This document shows positions 1-11,570 of a DNA stretch of 64,000 bases, one piece after another. A program made the position numbers and the translations under genes. The stretch comes from Octopus vulgaris (taxonomy: Eukaryota). Every line of letters begins with the position of its first letter. Positions within the stretch are counted from its first letter, which is position 1. The notes below the pieces were generated by a model. The model was not told the DNA's origin. It saw only the letters and a program-made list of their open reading frames with translations, and searched no databases. The stretch spans positions 25,234,001-25,298,000 of the forward strand of contig OX597830.1 in the NCBI GenBank assembly GCA_951406725.2. Reading direction: 5' to 3'.

Positions 1-854
1 ATTGTATGACGAGGGAAGTTCTTTTGAAGTTACCGTGCATGTGAAGCATTGATGTACATGTGTGTGTTTGATGGGGTTTAGGAGACAGACAGTATGTTGT
101 GTAAGTGAAGTGCTTCTGTTAGTGTGTGTGAAGAGACAGAGTAATGTGTGAAAGAAAGAGATAACTGAAATATTTTACTCGGTGTATGTGTATATGTATG
201 TATATTACTTCAAAAGTTCCCGCAAGCCCATATGTAAAAAAAAAAAATTTTTTTACGGAAATCGACGGAAAGGTCTACTAGAGACGAAAGATCGCCCCAT
301 AAAAGAGAGGAAGCGCAGCGAAAAGACTTGTTTGAATTTAAGAACCGTCTCTGCCATATTTGCTATGGAGACCCGCTCTGGCATCATATTTGCTGTGGAA
401 AAATTGTTTTGATTCACACTGAAAAAGTGGAAATGGAGAAAACAAGTTGAATAAGAAAAAACATATATGTATTTTTATTTTGGATGCTAAATATTAAAAT
501 GACACACAAGTTTTAATTTTAGCGCCTTAAATGTCGTAAAATAATAATAATAATACAACGGGAAAAAATTTTAAATTCGATGCAAGTCAACAAATACTAA
601 ATCTTAAACATAAGTTTGAAATATATACCAACGTGTTAATGGACCTCATAAATGGGTGCAAAAGCTTCGCTGAGAGATAATGGTCGGAAAAATTTCGGTT
701 GAGGTTGCAATCATAAAACAAAACTTGCCATTTATGGCGACGAATCTTTTAAGAAATTTTGGTCGTCAAGTCATTTCTAGAAAGAGATGGTCGTCTGCTA
801 TCAATCAAGTCACACTCAACCTCGGAACGCTCTCACTCCACTCACTCTCTGCCA

Positions 855-1055
855 CCCGTACTCTCTCTCTCTCTTTCTCTTACTATCTCTTCCTCCCAGT
901 GTCGTTCTCTCTCTCTCTCACTTACTATCTCTCCCTCCCAGTGTCGTTCTCTCTCTCTCTCTCTCTTACTATCTTTTCCTCCCAGTGTCGTTCTCTCCCT
1001 CTCTCTCTCTCTTACCATCTCTTCTTCCCAGTGTCGTTCTCTCTCTCTCTCTCTG
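855..1055. repeat. Pyrimidine-rich ~40-bp minisatellite, ~4.5 units
   Basis: Repeated ttactatctcttcctcccagtgtcgttctctctctctc. Confidence 0.9.
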
Positions 1056-1292
1056 TCGGCTCTGGCAGGCTTTTATGCCCTGGACACGCCATAGACTTCG
1101 ACGACGCCCCTACCATTTCATCAAGAGCTGCAGGCTTTAAGAGCAAAACAAGGACACATGCCCGTGTGTGTATTTCGCCTTAAATGTGTGTATGTAACAC
1201 ACAAAGGAATAGAACTTTTAAATCCGAGCAGATACCTTACGAACACTGATAAATTTCAGAATATTAGGAAGCGTTGATATTAAATAATTAAG

Positions 1293-1695
1293 GGATCTTT
1301 TCGGTTTGAACGGCAGTTTTTTTCTAGCGGTGTCATATGAAATTGTCACCCATAATTATGACCCTAGTATCGATCTATTGCATTTCAATCTGTTTTAGGG
1401 TTAGGGGTGGGGGAAGGGTATCTTTTTTTTCTTTAGAAATGTAAATAAACCCAATCTGGTTCTTAAACGAGGGACATATTCATACGGCTCAGAATGTTTT
1501 CACCTCAATAGACGTCAGTGATTGGTTGAAATTGCAGAAATTGAAGAAAAAAAATCAACAAACTATAGAATTTTCTCACTAAAGCCAAGAGAAAAAGATG
1601 TTTTATAAACACATTCTACCAGTATACGAAGTTTAAAAGTGTTTAGTTACGTGGAAATTATTTTTAAAAAACTGCCGTTCAAACCGAAAAGATCC
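1293..1695. mobile_element. MITE with ~29-bp perfect TIRs and an internal TTAGGG-like tract
   Basis: GGATCTTTTCGGTTTGAACGGCAGTTTTT...AAAAACTGCCGTTCAAACCGAAAAGATCC. Confidence 0.8.
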
Positions 1696-3119
1696 GGAAT
1701 TTCAAATCTGGGCAGATACCTTACGAACACTGATAAATTTCAGAATATTAGGATCCTGAGTTTGCTTCGATGGATTTCACACACACATGCGTATTTAGCA
1801 TGGACACAGAATGTGACAAGGCTGGTCCTTTGAAATTCAGTTACAACTCATTCTTGCTAGCTGAATTGACTGGGAAAATGTGAAATAAAGTGTCTCGTTC
1901 AGGGACATAATGAAAATACAGGGGTGGTGGTGCGTTAGCAGAAACGTTAAAGCGTTGGATAAAATTGCTTTGCCCTATTTCAACTCTACGTTCTGAATTC
2001 AGTTTCCCTTTCATCTTCTTAAAGTCGATGGTCGGTGTAATCCACAGGCTAACTCCCTTCAAAACTGTTGGCCTTGTTCCTAAATCAGAAACAATTATTA
2101 GTGCAATTACTGATCACGTGTAGGCAAAATGAATTTTGGTTCATTAACATTTGACTCATTTGATCAAATTTTTCTCTTGATTATGTCGCCTAATAAAAAA
2201 TATGGGATCTTTTCATTTTCATCCAAAATATGCGTATCGTACATAACACACGGCAACATATTTTAAAAACTTATTCCAGTATTATTTAATTTATTTTTAC
2301 TTCTTCTCAGCCTTGTAGGCTAAATCTAATATCTTTTTAAACGTCTCTTACCCCATTTTTACTATCTTCATATATTATTCAACTTATTATTCCTTCTTTT
2401 AACACATGTATTAATCACGCATCCTTGTGGTTAGAGCATTTGACCGAAGCTGAACGGAATATGATGCTTGAAAAAACGGTTATCTGTCGGTGAATTATAT
2501 TTATCAGCCAACCTATGGCATTTGAAACATTCGGTGGAAGCTTGGCTGCTGACCAAATTTTTTGTCATTGTTGCTTTTCCCATCTCACCGACCTGACGTG
2601 ATGCTTGTGCCAACCTTTCAACCTCCTAAATACTCGCAATAACGCCATGAGTCTCTAGAGTTGCTTCAAGCATTTTTAACGATCAACAGTTATCTCTTGA
2701 TGTATGAAATTAGTGTCCATAACCCTTATTATTTATTTATCAACTCATTTGTTATTGACATACTTTTTAATCAAAAAAAGGCAGTATCTATGACACTACA
2801 CAGGTGTATTATTTAAATCTATAGAATTGAGAAAAGTATCCTCAAACTGAACACCTGGCTTAAATGCTAGCAATAGAATATTTTCCAGCTGTCTCATAGT
2901 TAATTAATAAAATATAATTAATTCACTGGCTTAGAATCTTTTTAAATAAAATGTCTGCGACTTTATATTGATGAGACCTATTCTTAATCTCATTTTAAAC
3001 ATATCTTTCATCTTTTTCTTACCTTTCACTTGTTTTAATCATTAGACTGCGATCATGCTGGGGCACCGCCTTGAGGAATTTTAGACGAATGAATCGAACC
3101 GCTAAGTTACGGGGACGTA

Positions 3120-3214
3120 GGCGAAGATAAAGAATACGCACACCCGGTGTTTAGGGTTATGGGTAGGGTTAGGGTTACGCCGACAACGGGTGGTGTGCGT
3201 ATTCTAAACCTCCG
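3120..3214. mobile_element. ~95-bp TIR mini-element with TTAGGG core, inserted in a SINE
   Basis: AGAATACGCACACC...GGTGTGCGTATTCT inverted repeat. It interrupts the SINE motif aagttacggggacgtaaac, with duplicated gggac(g/c)ta. Confidence 0.7.
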
Positions 3215-3296
3215 TCGGGACCTAAACACCAACGCCTGTTGTCAAGCGGGGTGGGGGCGAACACGGACACACACACATATACATGCATACATACAC

Positions 3297-3333
<37 letters not shown>

Positions 3334-3422
3334 TGGTTTGTCTACCAAATCCACTCACAAAGCTTTGGTCAGCTCGAAGCTATGATAGAACACTCTTGCT
3401 CAAAGTGCCATGCAGTGGCTGA

Positions 3423-5462
3423 AAAATAAGCTTCTTTATTTCATTTAATTTGCCACAAGGGCAGCACACAGATAGAAGCTTGCGGGCTGGACACAGACAT
3501 TAATGGGATGGATGATAATGATGCAAGGATGATAAGGATGGGAGAAGACGAAAAGCGCCCGCCGACTTTCGTTTCTCTAAAACATTGTTCATTTTTCTTT
3601 TTTATAGAAAACACAATGAGGCAATAAACCTCTTACATAAAAACACAATGTTCAGAATTCTTTCTTTTTTCTTTTTCTTTTTAAAGCACAATGAGGCTAT
3701 AAACCTCGTACATTGTTCAATATTGCACAAAAAGTTACATACACGAGGCAATAAACTTCTCACTTTTTTTTTTCACATTTTGTAGACTCTTTTTTTGAGT
3801 CCAAACGTTCAAGTTTTCCGGCCAACCAGGCTCCTTGCTACATTGAAGCATCTACCTGGTTCCAGGCCGGGCCACACAGACACAAATCTATAGGAGTCCT
3901 CCAGGAAGGAATTCATGATCGTGCACAGATCACTATCCCATAGGACTTCCGCAGCCACCTGCGAAGGCCACTCAGGGTCCTCCGTGCAGGACAGAAGCCC
4001 CTCCCACTGGCCCCTCCTTTCCATTTTCTTAATTTCATTTTGTACAGTTCCTCCTTTGTGGAAGAGGACCACAAATTCATCCTCCAGCGGCACAGCCGCC
4101 GGAGGTTACTTGGGACACGCCGGCAGCATGTCACAACCCACCGGCAATGTCCTGTTTTTCTTCTTTCTTTTTTTTTTCCCTTGGGCCACGGGAGGGTGGA
4201 GTTCCTGTGGTGCGTGCAGCAGGTCCTCCTTTTCTCCCGCAGCCCTCGGGTCCTTCGGTGGGCAACCATTGTTGCCCACCTTTCGTTTTCATTTTTTCGA
4301 GGAGGTAGAAACCTCCTCGTCATCCTCCTCCTTCTCTCCCTCCATTGAGGGAGCAGGGAGAGATTCCACTATTAACTGCTCCATGATCCTATTTTGGTCC
4401 TTGGGGCAGTTTTTCTTAATGTGGGCGGTCTCCAGGCACAGGTGACACTTGGGAGGGGGCGTCCCTCAAGTATCACCGGATACCTAGACCCGGCCATCCT
4501 CAAAAAATCTGGAAAAACCAGACTTTCAGCTGATTGGGTCCATAGGGTCAAAACAGCTTTTGACCCCTCCCAATCAGCCGCAGGCAAAATTTTTACATTA
4601 AGCAGCTCAGTACTGCTACCACCCAGAACCCGGCAGATAGAATCCTCTATCCACTTGGGCTCAATTCTAGGTGGCAAACCACAGACCCAAGCCCTCAATA
4701 ACTTCTTCCCACAATAACTAGGAAGAAACATAATTTCCTTGCCCTCGAGGGGCCGGCTTGCAAAATCGCGAGCTTCTTGGGGGGAGTCAAATAGCAACCA
4801 GACCATTGCAAATTTGACTCCCCGTGAAATAAATTTAATGGCTGGCATGTAGTTTGCCAGCTCCTTCAAAATTGTGGCTTTCGGGAAGATGGTTACGGTG
4901 TCGAGCGACTTTGAATAAGTTCTCAACACCACCTTCTTCCTTTCAAGCTCTTTTATCCATTTTTTGGGAGGTGTTAAATCCCACACTACTAATTCCTTTA
5001 CCATTTAAAAAAGTTCAAATACAGTTCAAAAACAGAGTGTAAAATAAAGAAAGACACAAAAAAAAAAAAGAAGGAAAGACACAACAGAAGGGAAAAAAAA
5101 ATAAAAATAACAGTTCAAATAAAGTTCTTTTTTTTTTAAATAAATGATAGCTGTGAAAAGAGAGTTATTAATTTTCGGCCGAAAGGTACTCCTGGCCAAA
5201 CCTTGTAATCCACGTGGGCACAAAAATTTTCAAACACAATTTCTCACAATTATGTGAGAACACACACACGTCTCCACCGCAAGGCAGACAAAAAGCTCCA
5301 AATCCAGTAAGGACTCCTTGCTAGTACAAAAAAATAAAAACCTACAAGCTACAAATCCTACTGGACTCAAGGAGCAAAAAGTCTTACCTTACAGTAGAGC
5401 GTCTTAGGAATTCAATTTTCACCAGCTGCACACCAGTGTGATGACTTCAATGGCACACAACC
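3423..5462 (-). mobile_element. L1/Tx1-type non-LTR element carrying only a decayed ORF1 (HAL1-like)
   Basis: About 460 nt of 5'UTR, ORF1 at 5004-3809, an A-rich repeated spacer, then a 3' tail ending ..cccttgtggcaaattaaatgaaataaagaa. No room for ORF2. Confidence 0.7.
3809..5004 (-). pseudogene. ORF1/gag-like protein (RRM-like region plus CCHC zinc knuckle), disrupted
   Basis: A frameshift near 4455 exposes CHLCLETAHIKKNC (CX2CX4HX4C). That frame continues to 3809 through two stops (4291-4289, 4108-4106). About 398 codons in total. Confidence 0.75.
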
Positions 5463-5802
5463 ATATCTATATATAATATATATATATATATCAGAATTTA
5501 TCATTATTATTATTATTATTAAGAAAAGAAATCAGAAATCTATTTACATCTTGCCCCAAACCTGCCCTGTAATCATTCACACAAACAATATTTTTTAGCA
5601 GTGTTTCATCTGTCTTTACGTTCTGAGTTCAAATTCCGCCGAAGTCGACTTTGCCTCTCTTCCTTTTGGGGTCGTTAAATTAAGTACCAGTTGAGCAAAA
5701 TGAAATAGATTTTTAACTACAAGTGTTGTTGTTTTCACTTTTGTGATTTACTTCCCGTCTCATTTTACATTATTTTGGCCTTACCAGTCTATTTATCTAA
5801 TG

Positions 5803-6003
5803 CAGTGTTTTTCAACCAAGGTTCTGCCAGTACAGTCCAGGGGTTCCGCAAGAAGTTACAAAACTGCAAAAATCGGCAGTAATTTTTAAGTCTCCTGTGC
5901 AGATATGTGTGCATAAGACTATTAAATTATTGCACAGGGGTTCCTCGAGCCAGTGGAATGTTTCCTTGGGGTTCCGCTCCAGCAAAAAGTTTGAAAAGCC
6001 CTG
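5803..6003. mobile_element. hAT MITE with 8-bp TSD
   Basis: Ends CAGTGTTTTTCAAC...GTTTGAAAAGCCCTG, flanked by an exact ATCTAATG duplication (5795-5802, 6004-6011). Confidence 0.88.
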
Positions 6004-6471
6004 ATCTAATGTAAGATCTCACAACTCTTCACCCGAAGGAACAAACAAAAAATTCACATACAATATGGGACATTGCTAATTCCTCGTCAGTTATCTTACA
6101 AAAGATTGTTACAATTTCATGCCTTTAATTTTCTTTGCTTTTGATGGCTTCAGAGGCAAGGAGCTGTTGGGAATAGTGAATCAACTTTGGGAATGGTGAT
6201 GAAAATGAATGCAACAAAGTGTGAAATTTAATGTAACACTATGCACGCTTCTTATTTGTTACTCATTCGGTTGGATATTTTTTGAGCAACATTTATTTCT
6301 GTCTCTTTTCTTCCCTCTTTTGCCTCCATCTATGTCTCTTTCCCTCTCTGTTGCTTTCTCTATCTCCTTCCCTCTCCATTGCTTTCTGTCTCTCTGCTCT
6401 CCACCACTTGTTCTTTCTACTCCCACTGACATGTGACCTGTGGTCATTCTCATCTCTCTTTTCCATTTCCT

Positions 6472-6587
6472 TCTTTCACCTCACCAGTGAGTTGATTAGT
6501 TGTGTTTCTTTCACCTCACCAGTGAGTTGATTAGTTGTGTTTCTTTCACCTCACCAGTGAGTTGATTAGTTGTGTTTCTTTCACCTC
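6472..6587. repeat. Perfect 35-bp tandem repeat, ~3.3 units
   Basis: ttctttcacctcaccagtgagttgattagttgtgt repeated. Confidence 0.92.
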
Positions 6588-6804
6588 CTCTACTTTCAAT
6601 ACAGTTTGTTTTTTCACCATTTAAAATTTTTTTGTTTCCAGTACTATAGGACATTTTCCTTGCCTCACCCATACACTCAGCTCATCTTAAAGCCATAAAG
6701 CCTTATTTTGTTTGTATAATTATATTTATTTTATTATGTTGGATGTTCACACTTTGTCAGGTTTGTTTCTGTCACTGCCCCCAATGTTTGTTTGCTATTC
6801 CTAG

Positions 6805-6832
6805 AAGCTTCTTGCTGCTGGCACCACCAAAA
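6805..6832 (+). other. Putative 28-nt 5'UTR exon of MPPED
   Basis: tttgctattcctAG | aagcttcttgctgctggcaccaccaaaa | GTAAGT. Confidence 0.4.
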
Positions 6833-7231
6833 GTAAGTAATATTATATGATCATTAAAGGCATAAAATTGTAAGAATCTTTTGGACAATAACTAATGAGG
6901 AATTAGCAACATCATGTCTTGTGCATGAAGCTTCCATTTGTTCCTTTGTTGTGTTTCTGTTCAAATTTTGGAACTTATTTAATGTAACACAACACATGCT
7001 TCTTATTTTTTACCCATTGAGTTGAATACTCTGTTCTAATAAATATATATGCATAGAAATTTCATTATTCATAGAACCCACAAAGTTAATCAAAATTGGT
7101 CCGGATGAGGCAGGGGTACAAAAAAAACTCGTGTTTTGAAATCTTTTTTGCTAAAAAGATGCCCCCCATCATTTTCATAGGCACTGGAAAAAATTTGAAA
7201 AATACCTGCCAAAATGGAGAAATTCCAACTT

Positions 7232-7539
7232 AAATGGGCAACCAATCCCTAATGTCCACCAATAATGTCCATCGGCTGCGGGGTCATTCCGAAAAGCTCT
7301 ACCTGCGACGATTTCATCTCAATCAAAGGAGAGGAGCTTTCTCCGTCCGGGTTGCAGATCCGTGGAACAAGCTGCCAGACGAGATGGTGAAGATGCCGGC
7401 GACCGCTTTGTTCAAAGCCTCCCTTGACCTCAAGTGGCCTGAACTCTTTACATGAACACCACCCTGTACTTAACTCCATGTCCCCCTACATGGCCTTGCT
7501 ATTTGCTTTTGAGCCAAATTAACTAACTAACTAACTAAC
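7232..7539 (+). mobile_element. CR1-clade LINE 3' fragment
   Basis: C-terminal ORF2 motif LRGH..KL....RR..FSVRV...WNKLP...FK..LD, followed by a short 3'UTR and a (CTAA)n tail. Confidence 0.85.
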
Positions 7540-7543
7540 ATAT

Positions 7544-7598
<55 letters not shown>

Positions 7599-7627
7599 TA
7601 TATATTTATATATTTCTTTGCTTTTAG

Positions 7628-7685
7628 ATCTTCAGATGGTATAGGTTCCAATTATATCTGAATTTGTTGTAAAAAATGTATTCTG
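7628..7685 (+). other. Putative upstream/alternative exon of MPPED, ending ATG TAT TCT G|GTGAGT
   Basis: Polypyrimidine acceptor tttctttgcttttAG and a perfect donor GTGAGT. ATG at 7676 is in phase 1. Confidence 0.5.
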
Positions 7686-8255
7686 GTGAGTGGGAGGAGT
7701 TTCAGTGGCATGTGTGCATTTCAGTTAGGCCTTACCTGTAAAGCAATAAATCATATGAGTTAGCCATGTAATCTCCAATGTGTCATACTCCAACAAATGC
7801 AAATGTCCAAATTCCGACTCATGTAAATTAAATTGCTTTCTATTTTGGGATATTGTAAATGCTTTTGATTCAAACAACAAAACTACAACTGAATCATTGA
7901 ACCTCTTTCCCCTTACTATTCCAAGTATACTCAAGAAAGTGAGTTTGTCCTTTATTTTTTCACAATGACAATTACTATTATTAACTGACACTACAGGTTG
8001 TGTATTATTATGTGATATAAAATGTGAAATAGTAAAAAGAAAATACTCGCAAAGATAAAATTGTGTAGGAAGGTATTAAAGATATTCTTTTATTGTATCT
8101 GATATCAAAAAGTTTTGTTAATCTTCGCTATATATATATAAACTGTTATGTAATTTACTTCACAGGAATAATTTGGTGACTAAACTGAAGAGATTTTAAA
8201 TTACCGGGAGACTACAAAAATACTCATCAACATTGTATATCAGAAAATCTGGCAA

Positions 8256-8286
8256 ATGGATTTGAAAAAGTTCGTCAGCTCATTTG
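8256..8286 (+). CDS. MPPED: MPPED-family gene, probable start-codon exon (MDLKKFVSSF..., exon ~8166-8286)
   Basis: Acceptor tttacttcacAG at 8164-8165. ATG is in good context (gcaaATGG). Donor G|GTATGA is phase 1 and joins in frame to the 10724 exon. Total CDS is then 885 nt (294 aa), a typical MPPED length. Confidence 0.6.
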
Positions 8287-8591
8287 GTATGATATAACTA
8301 TCTTTAACTCTAGCTGTGTGTATGTGTGTGAGAGAGAGAGACAGACAGAGAGAGAATGAAAGGCAGAGGTTGTGTACAATCAAATCAAAAGGTCAATAAT
8401 TTTGGAGGAGGGGGTAAATTGATTACATTGAACGCTGTTCTCAACTGGTGCCTATTTCATTGATCTCGAAAGTATGAAAGATAAAGTTGACCATTGCAGA
8501 ATTTGAACTCAGGACATAAAGGCAGATGAAACTCTGCTAAGCATTTAGCTTGGTGTGCTAACAACTCTGCCTGCTCACTACCTTAATAATA

Positions 8592-8622
<31 letters not shown>

Positions 8623-8835
8623 TCCTTTCTACTATGAGCACAAGGCCTGGAATTTGGTGGTGGGGAGTCAATTACATTGACCCCAGTGTGTTACTGGTAC
8701 TTATTTTGTCAACTCTGAAAGGATGAAAGGCAAAGTCAACCTTGGTGGAATTTGAACTCAGAACGTATAGACAGATGAAATGCCGCTAAGCATTTTGCCT
8801 GCCATACTAATGATTCTGCTAAGTTGCTGCTTTAA

Positions 8836-9375
8836 TCATCATCATCATCATCATCATCATCGTTTAACGTCCACTTTCCATGCTAGCATGGGTTGGACGG
8901 TTCAACTGGGGTCTGGGGAGCACAAAGGCTGCACCAGGCCAGTCAGATCTGGCAGTGTTTCTACAGCTGGATGCCCTTCCTAACGCCAACCACTCCGAGA
9001 GTGTAGTGGGTGATTTTATGTGCCTCCAACACAGGTGCCAGACGAGGCTGGCAAACGGCCACGCTCGGATGGTGTTTTTTATGTGCCACTGACACAGGTA
9101 CCAGACGAGGCTGGCAGACGGCCACGCTCGGATGGTGTTTTTATGTGCCACCGACACAGGTGCCAGACGAGGCTGGCGAACGGCCACGATCGGATGGTGT
9201 TTGTTACGTGCCCACAGCACAGAGGCCAGTCAATGCGGTACTGGCTACGGCCATGTTCGGATGGTTTTCTTATGTGCCACCGGCACTGGTACCACAAGGA
9301 TACAAATTCCATTGATGTTCATCTATTTTGATTTGGTTTTTGGTTTTCACTTGCCTCAACAGGTCTTCACAAGTG
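8836..9375 (-). mobile_element. RTE-tail SINE family D with (ATG)n tail and internal ~56-bp tandem units (other copies 11568-11760, 14645-14872, 42773-43240, 50868-51200; + 39730-40005)
   Basis: (CAT)n-cgtttaacgtcc..ttccatgctagcatggg...ctggatgcccttcctaacgccaacc. Internal repeats cacaggtgccagacgaggctggc. Confidence 0.85.
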
Positions 9376-10589
9376 TCAATAAAAAATAATAATAATAACT
9401 AGCTGGACCCTTGAAAAATTCATGAAAAACATAAAATATGTAAGCATCTGTAAATAGTGTGGTGGTGCCATGAGAAATGTTTCTATATTGTGACAGTTAC
9501 AGACTATAGAAAGAAGTGTAAAACCAATAGCTACATAATACACCCAAAATATCTGTTACACAAACATAAACAGAATTATTATTTAGCCTTAAAATACATT
9601 GTACATATTCAAAGGACTTTCTTGGTTTAGTTGTATGGAACGTTCTTCTGGTATTCTTTTATTCTTTAACTTGTTTCAGTCATTTGACAATGGCCATGCT
9701 AGAGCACTGCCCTTTTATCAAAGAAATCGATCCCTGGACTTATGCCCTATAAGCCTGGTGCTTATTCTATCAATCTCTTCTGCTGAACAGCTAAGTTACG
9801 GGGGACACAAACATACACACACACACACATATATATATATATATGGGCTTCTTTCAGTTTCTGTCTACCAAATTCACTCATGAGGCTTTGGTCAGCCCGA
9901 GGCTATAGTAGAAGTCACTCTTTAAAGTATAGAGTCACATTTCGTGTAGCCACCTGTTGGCAACCTTTCTCCAACATCTATTTTGTAGTGGGTATTATCC
10001 ATTTTTCTGGGCTCTTTTCACAGCTATATTCAGTTCAAAATTTGCATTAGCTTCTGTGTAAAATAAAAATTTAAAAAAAAAGATGAAAGTGGGGGCTAGT
10101 TTGTAGAGAAAAACTTTATACGTGCCTGAGAGGAAAACATGGTCTTTCCCACCAACTAAAGGACATGAAGAACTATGAAAGAAAGCGAATAAGTACCGGC
10201 AGTGGGGGAAAAGAAGAGAGAACTAATACTCGATCATTCTAGAACTCCCAGAATAAAAACGTAAACACCTGAAAGATTTTTCCTCTATTCATTACTAAAT
10301 GTCTTTCCATTTTCTTCATTGTTAAAAGTAAAGAAGCTAGAAAAGATTTCAAATTTTACCACAAGGGGAGCAATTTTGGGGGTGGGGATAAGTCGATTAC
10401 ATTGACCCCAGTGTTTCACTGGTATTTATTTCAGCAACTCCAAAAAGATGAAAGGTAAAGTTAACCTCAGTGGAATTTCAACTCAGAACATATAGACAGA
10501 TAAAAAGCCAATAAGAATTTTGCCCAGCATGATAACAATTCTGCAAGCTTGCTGCCTTAATAATAATGATGATGATGATGATAATAGTA

Positions 10590-10633
<44 letters not shown>

Positions 10634-10723
10634 TCCCTCCTCAAAATTGCTGGCATTGTGCCAAAATTTGAAACCAGTAATAATAATAATAATTAATGAC
10701 ACTGATTATGTGATATTTTGCAG

Positions 10724-11005
10724 TTTCAGGATCCAATACATTGAAAGTTGATTCATTAAGTGAAACACCGGATAAAGCATGGGAAAAATATAAGAAAAAC
10801 TTACATATTGAAAAAGTAGATCCACTAAGTTTGATCCATACAAGGGACCCAGATAAATATCTACGGTTTGTTTGTATTTCTGACACCCATTGCAACATAG
10901 AGAAAAAGGAGGACTTTGTGCCAGAAGGTGATGTTTTACTTCATGCAGGAGATTTTTCAAACTGTGGACGCTTGTCAAACATTAAAAAATTCAATGATTT
11001 TCTCG
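10724..11005 (+). CDS. MPPED: MPPED-family metallophosphoesterase exon (RFVCISDTH, GDVLLHAGDFS motifs)
   Basis: Calcineurin-like motifs I and II (DxH, GD). Acceptor ttttgcAG, donor G|GTAAT, phase 1/1. Confidence 0.93.
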
Positions 11006-11089
11006 GTAATATATTTAAACTTTTTCTGACTTATTTCTAAAAAGTATTCTGTCTTTGTGTTTCAGTTAACTTTCATTATTTCACTTAGT

Positions 11090-11570
<481 letters not shown>

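Noticed and set aside
680-1183. Overlapping S/L-rich ORFs
   Set aside because: Translations of a CT-rich minisatellite with no protein signature.
4440-4470. Programmed -1 frameshift in ORF1
   Set aside because: No canonical slippery heptamer, and the downstream frame has two stops, so simple decay is more likely.
6472-6587. 35-bp repeats as a CRISPR array
   Set aside because: Directly tandem with no spacers, eukaryotic context and no cas genes.
8780-9389. Cluster of overlapping ORFs on both strands
   Set aside because: They arise from tandem units within SINE family D.
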